Assembly: GCA_965215505.1 (NCBI GenBank)
Contig: OZ244065.1
Location: forward strand, 1,408,001 to 1,472,000
Length of the DNA: 64,000 nt
Source: Capsulimonadaceae bacterium
Lineage (GTDB): Bacteria; Armatimonadota; Armatimonadia; Armatimonadales; Capsulimonadaceae
Reading direction: 5' to 3'
Shown here: positions 8,300-18,384 of the stretch, in pieces
Numbering within the stretch: position 1 is the stretch's first letter
Layout: every line of letters begins with the position of its first letter
Notes under the pieces: generated by a model
Told to the model about the DNA's origin: nothing
Databases searched by the model: none
What the model saw: only the letters and a program-made list of their open reading frames with translations
Translations under genes and position numbers: made by a program

Positions 8300-10881
8300 C
8301 ACATCCCGACGACAAAATGAGCATGGACACGCGCTGGCCCGACATCACGCGGACGATGCGCCCATGGACGCGCTGGTGGTGGCTCGGCAGTGCGGTGGAC
8401 GAGGCCGAGATCACGCGCCTGCTGGAAGAATACCGGCGGGCGGGCCTGGGCGGCGTGGAGATCACGCCCATCTACGGCGTCCAGGGGCTGGAAGCGCGGG
8501 ACATTCCATTCCTGTCACCCCGGTGGCTGGAAGTGCTGCGGCACACTTTGGTCGAGGCGCACCGCCTGGGCATGGGCGTGGACATGGTGACCGGCACGGG
8601 CTGGCCCTTCGGCGGTCCGAACGTGACGGACGAGGACGCCGAAGACAAGCTCGTCCTGGAAAAGACGCCGCTGCCGGGCGGTAGGGTCCTGGAATGGATG
8701 TTAAGCGGGTCAAGTCCCCAGGCGCTGGCCGCCGTCTCCGACCGGGACGAAACCGTCCAAATCCTCGGCCGCGTCGCGCCGGGCGGAACCGTTTCCTGGG
8801 CCGGGCCGCCGACGACCTGGACCCTCTACAGCGTCCGGCAGGAGTGGGCGGGGCGGCGAGTCAAGCGGGCCGCGCCGGGCGGCGAGGGCAAGTGCATCAA
8901 CCCGTTCTCGCGGTCGTCTTTGATGCACTACCTGGAGCGGTTCGACGAGGCCCTGCGCGACCTGCCGCCGGGCGCGGTCCGGTGCCAGTTCCACGACTCA
9001 TTTGAATACCTCGCCGACTGGTCTTCTACCCTTCTTGCCGACTTTGAAGCGCGGCGCGGGTATGACCTGCGGGACCACCTGCCCGCCCTGGCCGGGGACG
9101 CCGGGGCGGAGGAGTCCGCGCGGGTGAAGACCGACTACCGCGAGACGATTTCGGACGTGCTGCGGGAGAACTTCACCCGGACTTGGACCGAGTGGGTGCA
9201 TGGCAAGGGCAGCCTGAGCCGCAACCAGGCGCACGGCTCGCCGGGCAACCTGCTGGACCTGTACGGCACGGCGGACATTCCCGAAACGGAGGTCTTCGGC
9301 GGGGCGGGCGACCCGCGCGCGAGCAAGTTCGCCTCTTCGCCGGCCCACGTCCTGGGCAAGCCGCTGGTCTCCTCGGAAAGCTGCACCTGGCTGGGGGAGC
9401 ATTTCACGGTCAGTCTCGCGCAGGCGAAGGCCTCCCTAGACGGGCTGCTGCTGGCGGGGATCAACCACCTTTTCTATCACGGCACCGCCTACTCGCCCGT
9501 GGGCGACGCCTGGCCCGGCCGGCTGTTCTACGCTTCCACCACGTTCGCGCCGCAGGACCCGGTTTGGCGCGACTTTCCCACACTGAACACCTACCTGGCC
9601 CGCTGCCAATCCCTGCTCCAGTCCGGCTCGCCGGACAACGACGTGCTTCTCTACTGGCCCCTGCATGACCTGTGGCAGTCCCGGCCCGAGGCGTTCATGC
9701 TGGAGATCAACGGCAGGTGGCTGACCGAGGAGCCGGTCGGGACGACCGCGCAACGGCTCTGGGACGACGGCTGCGCCTACGATTACATCTCCGACCGGCA
9801 GCTACAACGGGCGCAGGCGACGGGCGACGGTGTCCAAATGCCGGGTGGGCACTACAAGGCGGTCGTCGTCCCTCCCTGCGCCTTCATGCCCGACGACACC
9901 CTACAAATCCTGGCTGACCTGGCCGGGCGCGGTGTCCCGGTGATCTTCGAAGGCGGGCTGCCCCAGGACGTTCCGGGGCTGGGTGATCTGCCTGCCCGGC
10001 GCGAACGCTTCCAGGCGGTGCTGGCGACGGCCACAGGCTTCCAAACCGGCCCTGACCTGGAACCGCTGCTGGCGGAAGCCGGGGTGCGCCGTGAAGGGGT
10101 CCAGTGCATCCGCCGTCATCACGCGGACGGACACACCTACTTCATCGTCAACACGGGGCAGGAACCGCTCGGCGGCTGGACCGCACTGGCGACGCCCTTC
10201 CGCTCGGCAGTCCTGATGGAAGCCATGACGGGCCAAACCGGCGTCGCCGCCGTCCGCCACAGCCAGGGCGAGCCGTCGGAGGTGTTCCTGCAACTGCCTC
10301 CGGGCGCATCCGTCTTCGTGCGGACCTTCGCCGACCGCGAGGCGGACGGCCCGGCCTGGCGACACACGGAGCCTGCCGGGGAGCCGGTCCCACTGGCGGG
10401 GACCTGGACGGTCGAGTTCATAGACGGCGGCCCTGATCTGCCGCCCCCCTTCCAGACCGACGCGCTCGGCTCCTGGACCGACCGGGGCGAGGCGGCGGAG
10501 CGGTTCAGCGGCACGGCCCACTACGCGCTTACCTTCGACGCCCCCCCGATGGCGGCGGACGGTTGGCGGCTTGACCTGGGCCGTGTCTGCGAGAGCGCCC
10601 GCGTGCGCCTCAACGGAGAGCCGGCCGGCGTGCTGATCGCGCCGCCGTTCCAGGTCGAGATAGGCCCTTTCTTGCCCTCGGGCAACGTGCTGGAGATCGA
10701 GGTGACGAACCTCGCTGCAAACCGCATCCGCGACATGGACCGGCGCGGGCAGCCGTGGAAGGTCTTCCGGGAAATCAATTTCGTGGATAGACACTATAAG
10801 CCGTTCGACGCTTCCGGGTGGCCGGTGCGCGACTCCGGGCTTCTCGGCCCGGTGCGGCTCGTGCCGATGAGGAGTATCTGA
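8296..10881 (+). CDS. GH106 alpha-L-rhamnosidase-like protein
   Basis: RPWTRWWWLGSAV, GLGGVEITPIYG, GTGWPFGG, DSFE, SGLLGPV; ATGA overlap with the upstream gene; no obvious signal peptide. Confidence 0.88.
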   Translation: MTHPDDKMSMDTRWPDITRTMRPWTRWWWLGSAVDEAEITRLLEEYRRAGLGGVEITPIYGVQGLEARDIPFLSPRWLEVLRHTLVEAHRLGMGVDMVTGTGWPFGGPNVTDEDAEDKLVLEKTPLPGGRVLEWMLSGSSPQALAAVSDRDETVQILGRVAPGGTVSWAGPPTTWTLYSVRQEWAGRRVKRAAPGGEGKCINPFSRSSLMHYLERFDEALRDLPPGAVRCQFHDSFEYLADWSSTLLADFEARRGYDLRDHLPALAGDAGAEESARVKTDYRETISDVLRENFTRTWTEWVHGKGSLSRNQAHGSPGNLLDLYGTADIPETEVFGGAGDPRASKFASSPAHVLGKPLVSSESCTWLGEHFTVSLAQAKASLDGLLLAGINHLFYHGTAYSPVGDAWPGRLFYASTTFAPQDPVWRDFPTLNTYLARCQSLLQSGSPDNDVLLYWPLHDLWQSRPEAFMLEINGRWLTEEPVGTTAQRLWDDGCAYDYISDRQLQRAQATGDGVQMPGGHYKAVVVPPCAFMPDDTLQILADLAGRGVPVIFEGGLPQDVPGLGDLPARRERFQAVLATATGFQTGPDLEPLLAEAGVRREGVQCIRRHHADGHTYFIVNTGQEPLGGWTALATPFRSAVLMEAMTGQTGVAAVRHSQGEPSEVFLQLPPGASVFVRTFADREADGPAWRHTEPAGEPVPLAGTWTVEFIDGGPDLPPPFQTDALGSWTDRGEAAERFSGTAHYALTFDAPPMAADGWRLDLGRVCESARVRLNGEPAGVLIAPPFQVEIGPFLPSGNVLEIEVTNLAANRIRDMDRRGQPWKVFREINFVDRHYKPFDASGWPVRDSGLLGPVRLVPMRSI

Positions 10882-12806
10882 TGAGAGGCTTAACAAGACA
10901 TCTGACAGCGGCTCTGGCCGCGATCACTTTAGGGGCGGGCGGCGCAGTGCAGGCGGCAGACGCACCGGTGACGGTCACGGACGCGGGCGGCGTTTACACG
11001 CTGGCGAACGGGATCATCACGGCGCAGGTGGATAAGGCCTCGGGGCGGCTCCGCTCGCTGGTCTACAGGGGCATAGAGACGGTCGGCACCGGCTACTGGT
11101 CCCACACCCCTTCCGGCCCGGACGTGACCGACGCCGTCACGATCTCCCCGCAGGCGAACGGCGGCGAACGGGCGGAGGTTTCGGTCAAGGAGGTTTCGGA
11201 AGGCCGCCCCATGGGCGCGGGACCCGGCGGCAGCACGGTGGCAGACATCGAGGTCCGCTACGCGCTGGGCCGGGGAAGCTCCGGCCTGTACACCTACTCG
11301 ATCCTGGACCACAAGCCGAGCTACCCCACGACCTCCATCGGCGAGGCGCGCTACGCCGTCAAGCTCAACGACGACGTGTTCGACTGGATGACGGTGGATG
11401 CCGACCGGAACCTGAAGATGATCACGGCCTATGACTGGGACCACGGCATCCAGTTGAACATGAAGGAAGCGCGCCGCATGACGACGGGCATCATGAAGGG
11501 TCAGGTCGAACACAAGTATGACTACTCCGCCGTCCAGTTCGACACGCCCGCCTACGGCTGGTCCAGCACGAGCAGGCACGTCGGGTTCTGGATCGTCAAC
11601 CCGTCCGAGGAGTACCTCAGCGGCGGCGCGACCAAGCTGGAGCTGTCCGCCCACCGCGACGCCACCTTCACGAGCAGCCTGACCGCCCCCGCCGCGCCGA
11701 CCCTGCTGAACTACTGGCGCGGCAGCCACTACGGCGGCAGCTCGTGCGTCATGGCCCAGGGGGAGGAGTGGACCAAGGTGATCGGCCCTTTCCTGCTTTA
11801 TTGTAATTCTGGACCGAACCCTGATGCCGTTTGGAAGGACGCATTGGCCCAGGCCGGGCGCGAGGCGAAGGCGTGGCCCTACGCCTGGGTTTCGGGCGTG
11901 GATTACCCCCACAAAGAGGGCCGGGGGACGGCCACAGGCCAGGTGGTCCTCTCGGACCCGCAGGCTCCCAGGGAGAAGATGACTGACCTCCTCGTCGGCC
12001 TGGCCGCCCCCGACTACACGCCCGCCGAGGGCGGGCCGGTGGATTGGCAGACGGACGCCAAGCATTACGAGTTCTGGGTGCGGGGCGACGCCCAGGGCCG
12101 CTTCACCATCCCCAATGTTCGTCCCGGCGCGTACACCCTCCACGCCATCGCCGACGGCGTGCTGGGCGAGTACATGAAGGCGGATGTCACCGTTGCCGCC
12201 GGGCAGACGTTGGACCTGGGAAGGCTGACGTGGACGCCGGTTCGGCATGGCCGCCAGTTGTGGGACATCGGCGTCCCCGACCGGACGGCGCGGGAGTACC
12301 TGCACGGCGACAAGGGGCGGCAGTGGGGGCTTTATTTGCAGTACCCGAAGGACTTCCCTAGTGACGTCCACTACGTCATCGGCAAGAGCGACTACCACAA
12401 GGACTGGAACTACGCTCAGGTGCCGCGCGCGCAGGACGCGACGGGCAGCGGGAACGGCCCGGCCACGACCTGGTCAGTGTCCTTCGACCTCCCCGCCGCG
12501 CCGCACGGGCGGGCGACCCTCTGCCTCGCCCTGGCCGGGTCGAGCGCCCGGCACATCGCCGTGGCGGTCAACGACCGGCCCGCCGGGGACACCGGCCCCA
12601 TCCCGGACACGGCCACCATCCGGCGGGACGCCCTCCGTGGGTACTGGCGGGAGCGGGACATCACTTTCGACGCGGGTTTGATGAAAGCCGGGCCGAACGT
12701 CCTGACGCTGACGATCCCCGCCGGGGGCGTGATGAGCGGCGTCGAGTACGACTATCTGCGTCTGGAACTGGACGACACGGCGACGGTGGGGAAGGGCGTG
12801 CGGTAG
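10881..12806 (+). CDS. Rhamnogalacturonan lyase (PL4-like)
   Basis: Signal peptide; EHKYDYS, NPSEEYLSGG, GSHYG, KVIGPFLLYCN, FTIPNVRPGAYTL, LWDIGVPDRTA and YDYLRLE motifs. Confidence 0.88.
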   Translation: MRGLTRHLTAALAAITLGAGGAVQAADAPVTVTDAGGVYTLANGIITAQVDKASGRLRSLVYRGIETVGTGYWSHTPSGPDVTDAVTISPQANGGERAEVSVKEVSEGRPMGAGPGGSTVADIEVRYALGRGSSGLYTYSILDHKPSYPTTSIGEARYAVKLNDDVFDWMTVDADRNLKMITAYDWDHGIQLNMKEARRMTTGIMKGQVEHKYDYSAVQFDTPAYGWSSTSRHVGFWIVNPSEEYLSGGATKLELSAHRDATFTSSLTAPAAPTLLNYWRGSHYGGSSCVMAQGEEWTKVIGPFLLYCNSGPNPDAVWKDALAQAGREAKAWPYAWVSGVDYPHKEGRGTATGQVVLSDPQAPREKMTDLLVGLAAPDYTPAEGGPVDWQTDAKHYEFWVRGDAQGRFTIPNVRPGAYTLHAIADGVLGEYMKADVTVAAGQTLDLGRLTWTPVRHGRQLWDIGVPDRTAREYLHGDKGRQWGLYLQYPKDFPSDVHYVIGKSDYHKDWNYAQVPRAQDATGSGNGPATTWSVSFDLPAAPHGRATLCLALAGSSARHIAVAVNDRPAGDTGPIPDTATIRRDALRGYWRERDITFDAGLMKAGPNVLTLTIPAGGVMSGVEYDYLRLELDDTATVGKGVR

Positions 12807-12807
12807 C

Positions 12808-15165
12808 ATGATGAAAAAGGCACTCCTGCTTCTGCTGCTGGCGGCCCTCGGCGCGTCGCCGCCGACCGCTTCTGCTCGTACCACCACGTCGTTTGACGCG
12901 GGCTGGCGCTTCCTCAAAGCCGACGCGCCGGGGGCCGAGCAGCCCGCCTTCAATGACGCGGCCTGGCGGACGCTGGACGTGCCGCACGATTGGAGCATCG
13001 AAGGGCCGTTCGACAAGGATGCGCCCGCCGGGGGCGCGGGCGCGTTCCTGCCCACCGGGGTCGGCTGGTATCGCAAGACCTTCACCCTCCCGGTCGCGGA
13101 CGCCCGCCAGCGGGTCTTCTTAGACTTCGACGGCGTGATGGCGAACAGCGACGTCTGGGTCAACGGCTTCCACCTGAGCCGGCGGCCCAACGGCTATGTC
13201 AGCTTCCGCGATGACCTGACCGGACACCTGCACTTCGGGCCGGGTCAGACGAACGTCCTCGCCGTCCGGGCCGACGACTCGCCGCAACCCGCCTCGCGCT
13301 GGTATGCGGGGGCGGGCATCTACCGCCATGTCTGGCTCGTCGTCACGGACCCGGTGCATCTGGGGCATTGGGCGACGTTCGTGACGACGCCGCAGGTCAC
13401 GTCGGCCCGCGCCGTCGTCCATGTCCAGAGCGCCGTCGTCAACGAGTCGAGCGCGCCGCGCACTGTCGCCCTTCAGGTCAGCCTCATAGGACCCGACGGT
13501 CGGCCCGCCGGGACCGCGCAGACGCCGGCGCGCGTCGTCCCGGCGGGAGGCACGGCGGAGGTCGGGGCGGACGTTCCCGTCGCCGCCCCTACCCTCTGGG
13601 ACCTGGACCGTCCCGCGCTCTACCACGCCCGGACGCGCGTCCGGGCGGCGGGGGCGACGCTCGATGACGAGGAAACGCCCTTCGGCATCCGCGATTTCGT
13701 CTTCGACCCCGCCCAAGGATTTAGCCTCAACGGCAAATCCCTCAAAATCAAGGGCGTCTGCCTGCACGGCGACGCGGGCGGCCTGGGCGTCGCCGTCCCG
13801 CTGGGTGCCTGGGAACGTCGGCTGACCCTGTTGAAACAGGTCGGGTGCAACGCCATCCGCACCAGCCACAACCCGCCCGACCCCGGTTTTCTGGACCTGT
13901 GCGACCGGATGGGGTTCCTGGTCATGGACGAGTTCTTTGACTGCTGGACAGTCGCCAAGACCCCCTACGACTACCACCTCTACTTCCGCGAGTGGTCGGA
14001 GGCGGACACCCGCGACGGCGTCCTGCGCGACCGCAACCACCCGTCCATCATCCTCTACAGCGCGGGCAATGAGATCCACGACACGCCGAACATCGCCGTC
14101 GCCAGGCCGATTCTGGCCTCACTGATTGCCGTTTACCACAAATACGACCCGACCCGGCCCGTCACGCAGGCTTTGTTCCGGCCAAACGTCAGCCATGACT
14201 ACGACAATGGCCTGGCGGACATGCTGGACGTGATCGGCACGAACTACCGGGACCAGGAGTTGTTGGCAGCCCACGCCGCCAAGCCAACGCGCAAGATCAT
14301 CGGGACGGAGAACGGCCACGACCGCGCCCCCTGGCTTGCCGTGCGCGACAACCCGGCCTACACCGGGCAGTTTTTGTGGACGGGGGTAGACTATCTCGGC
14401 GAGGCCCGCGCCTGGCCCACGGTCGGGGCCGGGGCCGGGCTGTTCGACCGGACGGACGCGCCGCGCCCGCTAGCCTTCCAGCGGCAGAGCTGGTGGGCCG
14501 ACGCGCCGATGGTCCGCATCGCCCGCCGCGTCGCCCCCGCGCCGACGACGCCGAACGACCCCGGCTTCACGCCGCTGAACCGCCGCCCGCAGGCGTTTAG
14601 TGACTGGACGCCGCGCGAGCTAGCGCCGCACACGGAGAACGTGGAGGTCTATAGCAACTGCGCCCAGGTGGAGCTGACCCTGAACGGCCGTTCTTTGGGG
14701 TCGCTGCCGCTGCCCGCCGACGCCGCGCCGCGCACCTGGCGCGTCCCGTTCGAGCCGGGCACACTGCGCGCGGTCGGGCGGAACGGCGCGGAACCCGCCG
14801 CCACCGACGAGCTGCACACGGCGGGGCCGCCCGCCAAGATCGTCCTCGCCGCCGATCAGGACATGCTTTCGAGAAGCTGGGATGATGTTGCTTATGTCAG
14901 CGCCACTGTCACCGACGCCGCCGGGGTGCCGATCCCGGACGCCGCCGACCTGGTCACGTTCCAGGTCGCCGGACCGGCCACGATAGCCGCCGTGGACAGC
15001 GGCGACCTGAGCAGCCACGAGCCGTTCCAGGCCACCCAGCGTCATGCCTTCGGGGGCCGGTGCGTCGCCATCCTCAAAGCCACGGCGTCATCAGGCCAGA
15101 TCACGCTGACAGCCTCGGCACCCGGACTCGCGGCGGCCTCGGTCGCGCTGCGGGTCAAGCCATGA
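12808..15165 (+). CDS. GH2 beta-galactosidase-like protein
   Basis: DVPHDWSIE, RWYAGAGIYR, NAIRTSHNP, RDRNHPSIILYSAGNE (acid/base Glu); signal peptide. Confidence 0.92.
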   Translation: MMKKALLLLLLAALGASPPTASARTTTSFDAGWRFLKADAPGAEQPAFNDAAWRTLDVPHDWSIEGPFDKDAPAGGAGAFLPTGVGWYRKTFTLPVADARQRVFLDFDGVMANSDVWVNGFHLSRRPNGYVSFRDDLTGHLHFGPGQTNVLAVRADDSPQPASRWYAGAGIYRHVWLVVTDPVHLGHWATFVTTPQVTSARAVVHVQSAVVNESSAPRTVALQVSLIGPDGRPAGTAQTPARVVPAGGTAEVGADVPVAAPTLWDLDRPALYHARTRVRAAGATLDDEETPFGIRDFVFDPAQGFSLNGKSLKIKGVCLHGDAGGLGVAVPLGAWERRLTLLKQVGCNAIRTSHNPPDPGFLDLCDRMGFLVMDEFFDCWTVAKTPYDYHLYFREWSEADTRDGVLRDRNHPSIILYSAGNEIHDTPNIAVARPILASLIAVYHKYDPTRPVTQALFRPNVSHDYDNGLADMLDVIGTNYRDQELLAAHAAKPTRKIIGTENGHDRAPWLAVRDNPAYTGQFLWTGVDYLGEARAWPTVGAGAGLFDRTDAPRPLAFQRQSWWADAPMVRIARRVAPAPTTPNDPGFTPLNRRPQAFSDWTPRELAPHTENVEVYSNCAQVELTLNGRSLGSLPLPADAAPRTWRVPFEPGTLRAVGRNGAEPAATDELHTAGPPAKIVLAADQDMLSRSWDDVAYVSATVTDAAGVPIPDAADLVTFQVAGPATIAAVDSGDLSSHEPFQATQRHAFGGRCVAILKATASSGQITLTASAPGLAAASVALRVKP

Positions 15166-16159
15166 CAGCCAGCATTTCAGGCGTCACGGCATGGCGCAGC
15201 ACTTCCCCGCGCGCATAGCGGTCGAACTCCTCGATGCAGTAATCCGCCAGCCGGTGTACCTCATCGTTGATCGAGCCGGCGATGTGGGACGTTACCTGGA
15301 TGTTGGGCAGGACCATCAGCGGCGAGTCGGAGGGCATCGGCTCGGGGTATGTCACGTCCAGCAGAGCCGTCAGGTCGGGCCGGCGGCTCATGGTCTCGGC
15401 GAGGTCCGCCTCGTTCACCGTCCGCCCCCGGCCCGTGTTGATGAAGACGCCCCCATCTCGCAATAGGGAGAGCAGCCCGCCATCAATCAGCCCCGCCGTC
15501 TCCGGCTTGTCGGCTAAATGGTTGGAGACGACAAGCGACTCCGCGAACGCCACTTCGAGCGAGACGCGCTCCACCCCCAGCTCCCGCGCCCCCGCGTCGC
15601 TCAGGAATGGGTCGTAGACGACGACGCGCAGGCGGAAGGGCCTGAGAAGATCAATCAGCACGCGCCCGACCGCCCCCGCCCCCAGCAGTGCCACCGTCGC
15701 ACCGTAAATGCCCGGCCCGCGAAACGCGGACCCACTGCTGCCGTGCGAGCCGTTATACTCCCGCCCGTTGCGCCAGTAGCCCTTGCACGCCAGCAGGATC
15801 TGCGCCAGGGCGAACTCGGCCACCGGCACCGCATTGGCTCGCCACGCGCTGACCACAATAATGCCGCGCGCCAGCAGGGGCGGCGCGAAGCCCTGGACGG
15901 ACCCGGCGGCGTAGAAGACGGCCCGCAGGCTGGGGAGGGCGTCAAGCTGCTCGTCCGTGAGCCGAGGCATCCCCCAGGTCGAGAAGAGGACCTCCACGTC
16001 GCCCAGCAGGGACAGGTATCGCGTGACATTGTCCGGCGGGACAACGCCAAGCAGCAAATCCGTCCGGGCCGCGACCTGTTCACGCCGCCCCGCGCCGTAG
16101 ACCTGCGCCACCGTGACTTCCGGCCCAATGAAGGCGCCTTTGATTCTTGCTTCTTCCAT
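15155..16159 (-). CDS. D-isomer-specific 2-hydroxyacid dehydrogenase
   Basis: GAGAVG Rossmann motif, FINTGRG, LDVTYPEP, TSHIAG. Confidence 0.92.
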   Translation of the reverse strand: MEEARIKGAFIGPEVTVAQVYGAGRREQVAARTDLLLGVVPPDNVTRYLSLLGDVEVLFSTWGMPRLTDEQLDALPSLRAVFYAAGSVQGFAPPLLARGIIVVSAWRANAVPVAEFALAQILLACKGYWRNGREYNGSHGSSGSAFRGPGIYGATVALLGAGAVGRVLIDLLRPFRLRVVVYDPFLSDAGARELGVERVSLEVAFAESLVVSNHLADKPETAGLIDGGLLSLLRDGGVFINTGRGRTVNEADLAETMSRRPDLTALLDVTYPEPMPSDSPLMVLPNIQVTSHIAGSINDEVHRLADYCIEEFDRYARGEVLRHAVTPEMLAVMA

Positions 16160-16173
16160 TTCAAGGCGGACCG

Positions 16174-16956
16174 TTACCGCCGTTCCCCGATCTTCTTCAG
16201 AAATCTGACGCTGTCCGTCTGGTTGTTTTCCAGAGCGTGCCTGAGCGCGGTCTTTCCTTCATTGTCTCTGGTATTGATATTTGCGCCCGCCGCAATCAAG
16301 CGTTTCACCACCCCTAGGGTCAGGACGGAAACTTGACCTGGGCCGACGGTCGGGTCCAGATCGGGATCAGTTGATTGCTGGAGCGCCCACATCAGAGCCG
16401 TCTGACCGTGGCTGTCCCTGGCGTTGGCATCCGCGCCCGCTGCAAGGAGGGCATTCATCTCGCCCACACTGAAATAGTTTGCGTTGTCCATCAAAGCGGT
16501 GAGGCCATTCCTACCCTGGAGATCAACCTTGGCACCGTGGGCCAGGAGGAACTTCACCATCCGTGGACTGCGCGCCTCCATCAGAGGAGTGGAGCCATCT
16601 TCGTCCCGCGCGTTCACATCGGCACCTGCTTGGATCAGCAGGGCCGTCACGGGCATAGCTCTCTCGTATTCCGTCACATACATCGGCCCCATGCCTCTCA
16701 TGCCTTCCGTCGGGGGGCTGCTGACGGCGAGGCTCAATGCGCTCTGAGGGAGGGTGTCGCTGTTGGTATTGGGCGAAGGGACGATCCCCACGGCATTGGG
16801 GTTCGCGCCGCGCTTGAGCAGCTTTGCTACAGCGGTAGTGTCTTCCTCAGAGGCGGCAAGACAGAGCGAGTGACTCAAGACCCTCGTGTAAACAACCCAT
16901 GAGGCGACGCTGAGAAAGACAACCAGCGGCGTCAGCATCAAGACTTTCTTTTTCAT
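16174..16956 (-). CDS. Ankyrin-repeat protein with N-terminal membrane anchor
   Basis: Repeated GADVNARD..G.TPLM.A motifs; DNA visibly more AT-rich than its neighbours. Confidence 0.88.
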   Translation of the reverse strand: MKKKVLMLTPLVVFLSVASWVVYTRVLSHSLCLAASEEDTTAVAKLLKRGANPNAVGIVPSPNTNSDTLPQSALSLAVSSPPTEGMRGMGPMYVTEYERAMPVTALLIQAGADVNARDEDGSTPLMEARSPRMVKFLLAHGAKVDLQGRNGLTALMDNANYFSVGEMNALLAAGADANARDSHGQTALMWALQQSTDPDLDPTVGPGQVSVLTLGVVKRLIAAGANINTRDNEGKTALRHALENNQTDSVRFLKKIGERR

Positions 16957-16974
16957 GCGGCGGCCTCGGCCTTC

Positions 16975-17916
16975 CTAAATCAGCCCCAAACGCTGGGCGC
17001 AGGAGGTCAACAGTTCGCGCTCCCACGGCGGGCGCTCCGGCGAGCGTGGGTGCGTTCGGTCCGTCGGAATCTTGCCCAGCAGGTGCAGGAAGACCGCCGC
17101 CGAGTGCTTGTAGGCGGGGACGGGCGGGCGGAAGGCGATGTTGCCGAGAAGCTGCAAGGCGTCGGCGACCGGCAGGTAGCCCGTGTCCTGGGCGGCCCAT
17201 AGGCGGTCCCGCTCGGCAAACTTGGACGGCGAGAAGGCGGCCAGGCCCAACAGGTAGTCGCTGCCGTACTCGATCATGTCAATGCCCAGGTCGTTGCCGG
17301 TGAAGACCTGGAAGTCGGGCCGAAGGCGGTCGCGCGTCGCCAGGCGCTCGATCTCGCGCACGCGGTCCAGGCTGGAATGCTTCATGCCCCTGATCTGCGG
17401 CACTTGCAGCAGGCCCTCGAACACGGCATCCGACCAGATCTCGCCGTTCGGGGCGAACATCTTGCCAAGCTCGAAGGCGTAGACCGTCTCGACTTCGGCG
17501 GACGCCTGCGCGTAGACCTCCACGACGCGGGCGGCGGGGACAGCGTGCAGGCGGGCGGTCTGGAAGAAGATGGGGGTCCCGCCGTGTTCGGCCACGCGGG
17601 CGATCTCGCGCCGGTACAGGTCGGTGATGTCTCCATCCTGGCCCTCGATGTAGGCACCCGCGACGAAGGCCGCGCCGCCAAGCGCCTGCCGGGTCAGGTC
17701 GAGGACGCGGGCCTTTTCCCCATCGGTCAGCAGGTTGACGTAGCCCGTGTCCATGTTGACGGCGGGCGTCAGGCCCGCCACGACCGTCTCCTGGAGGCAG
17801 GCCGCGAAGGCGTCTTCGGCGATGTCGCCGCGCTCGGTGAACGGCAACAGCACGGCGGCCATGCCGGTGATTTTGCGGCCAAACTTGCGGTGCGCGTGTA
17901 TGTTCGTGAGGTTCAT
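16975..17916 (-). CDS. Dihydrodipicolinate-synthase-like (class I aldolase fold) protein
   Basis: AVLLPF, PAVNMDTG, GMKHSSLD (putative Schiff-base Lys), FTGND, DYLLGL. Confidence 0.75.
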   Translation of the reverse strand: MNLTNIHAHRKFGRKITGMAAVLLPFTERGDIAEDAFAACLQETVVAGLTPAVNMDTGYVNLLTDGEKARVLDLTRQALGGAAFVAGAYIEGQDGDITDLYRREIARVAEHGGTPIFFQTARLHAVPAARVVEVYAQASAEVETVYAFELGKMFAPNGEIWSDAVFEGLLQVPQIRGMKHSSLDRVREIERLATRDRLRPDFQVFTGNDLGIDMIEYGSDYLLGLAAFSPSKFAERDRLWAAQDTGYLPVADALQLLGNIAFRPPVPAYKHSAAVFLHLLGKIPTDRTHPRSPERPPWERELLTSCAQRLGLI

Positions 17917-17924
17917 GCGTCCCC

Positions 17925-18374
17925 TTACCAGATGACGACGGTGCCGTTGAGAGACTTTGCTTCCGCAACGGCGTTCGCGATATTTCGAAAGCGCAGTAGG
18001 ACCGATTCACACTGATCTTCTTGGTCAGGGACCAGTAGGGCAATGTTCTGAATCAGCGTCTCGATTTCACGTCCCAAGACATCCAGCTCCTCCCCCTCAG
18101 CATAGATGTCCTTCTCAGAGAGCGAGGGGAGGAGTGTCAGGCCAAGAGAACGGGCAACCGGTGATCCATACATCTCGGTCCGCCACTTTTCAACTCCCGC
18201 AAGCGTCCGCCAGTTTTCACTTTCTTTAAGGAGGTGGGAGATTTCAGCGTTCATATCCGCAGGCGTTAGCCCTTGGGCTTTCCAGCGTTCCCCAGCAGAT
18301 TTCCAATCAACGCTGCGAAGCCACTGCTTTTGACCAGACTCGTTAAGGAAGTAGACATGGACGCCTAAACTCAT
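17925..18374 (-). CDS. Hypothetical protein
   Basis: 149-aa ORF filling the gap between two operon genes; AAGG RBS; AT-richer codon usage. Confidence 0.75.
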   Translation of the reverse strand: MSLGVHVYFLNESGQKQWLRSVDWKSAGERWKAQGLTPADMNAEISHLLKESENWRTLAGVEKWRTEMYGSPVARSLGLTLLPSLSEKDIYAEGEELDVLGREIETLIQNIALLVPDQEDQCESVLLRFRNIANAVAEAKSLNGTVVIW

Positions 18375-18384
18375 GCAGCACCTT

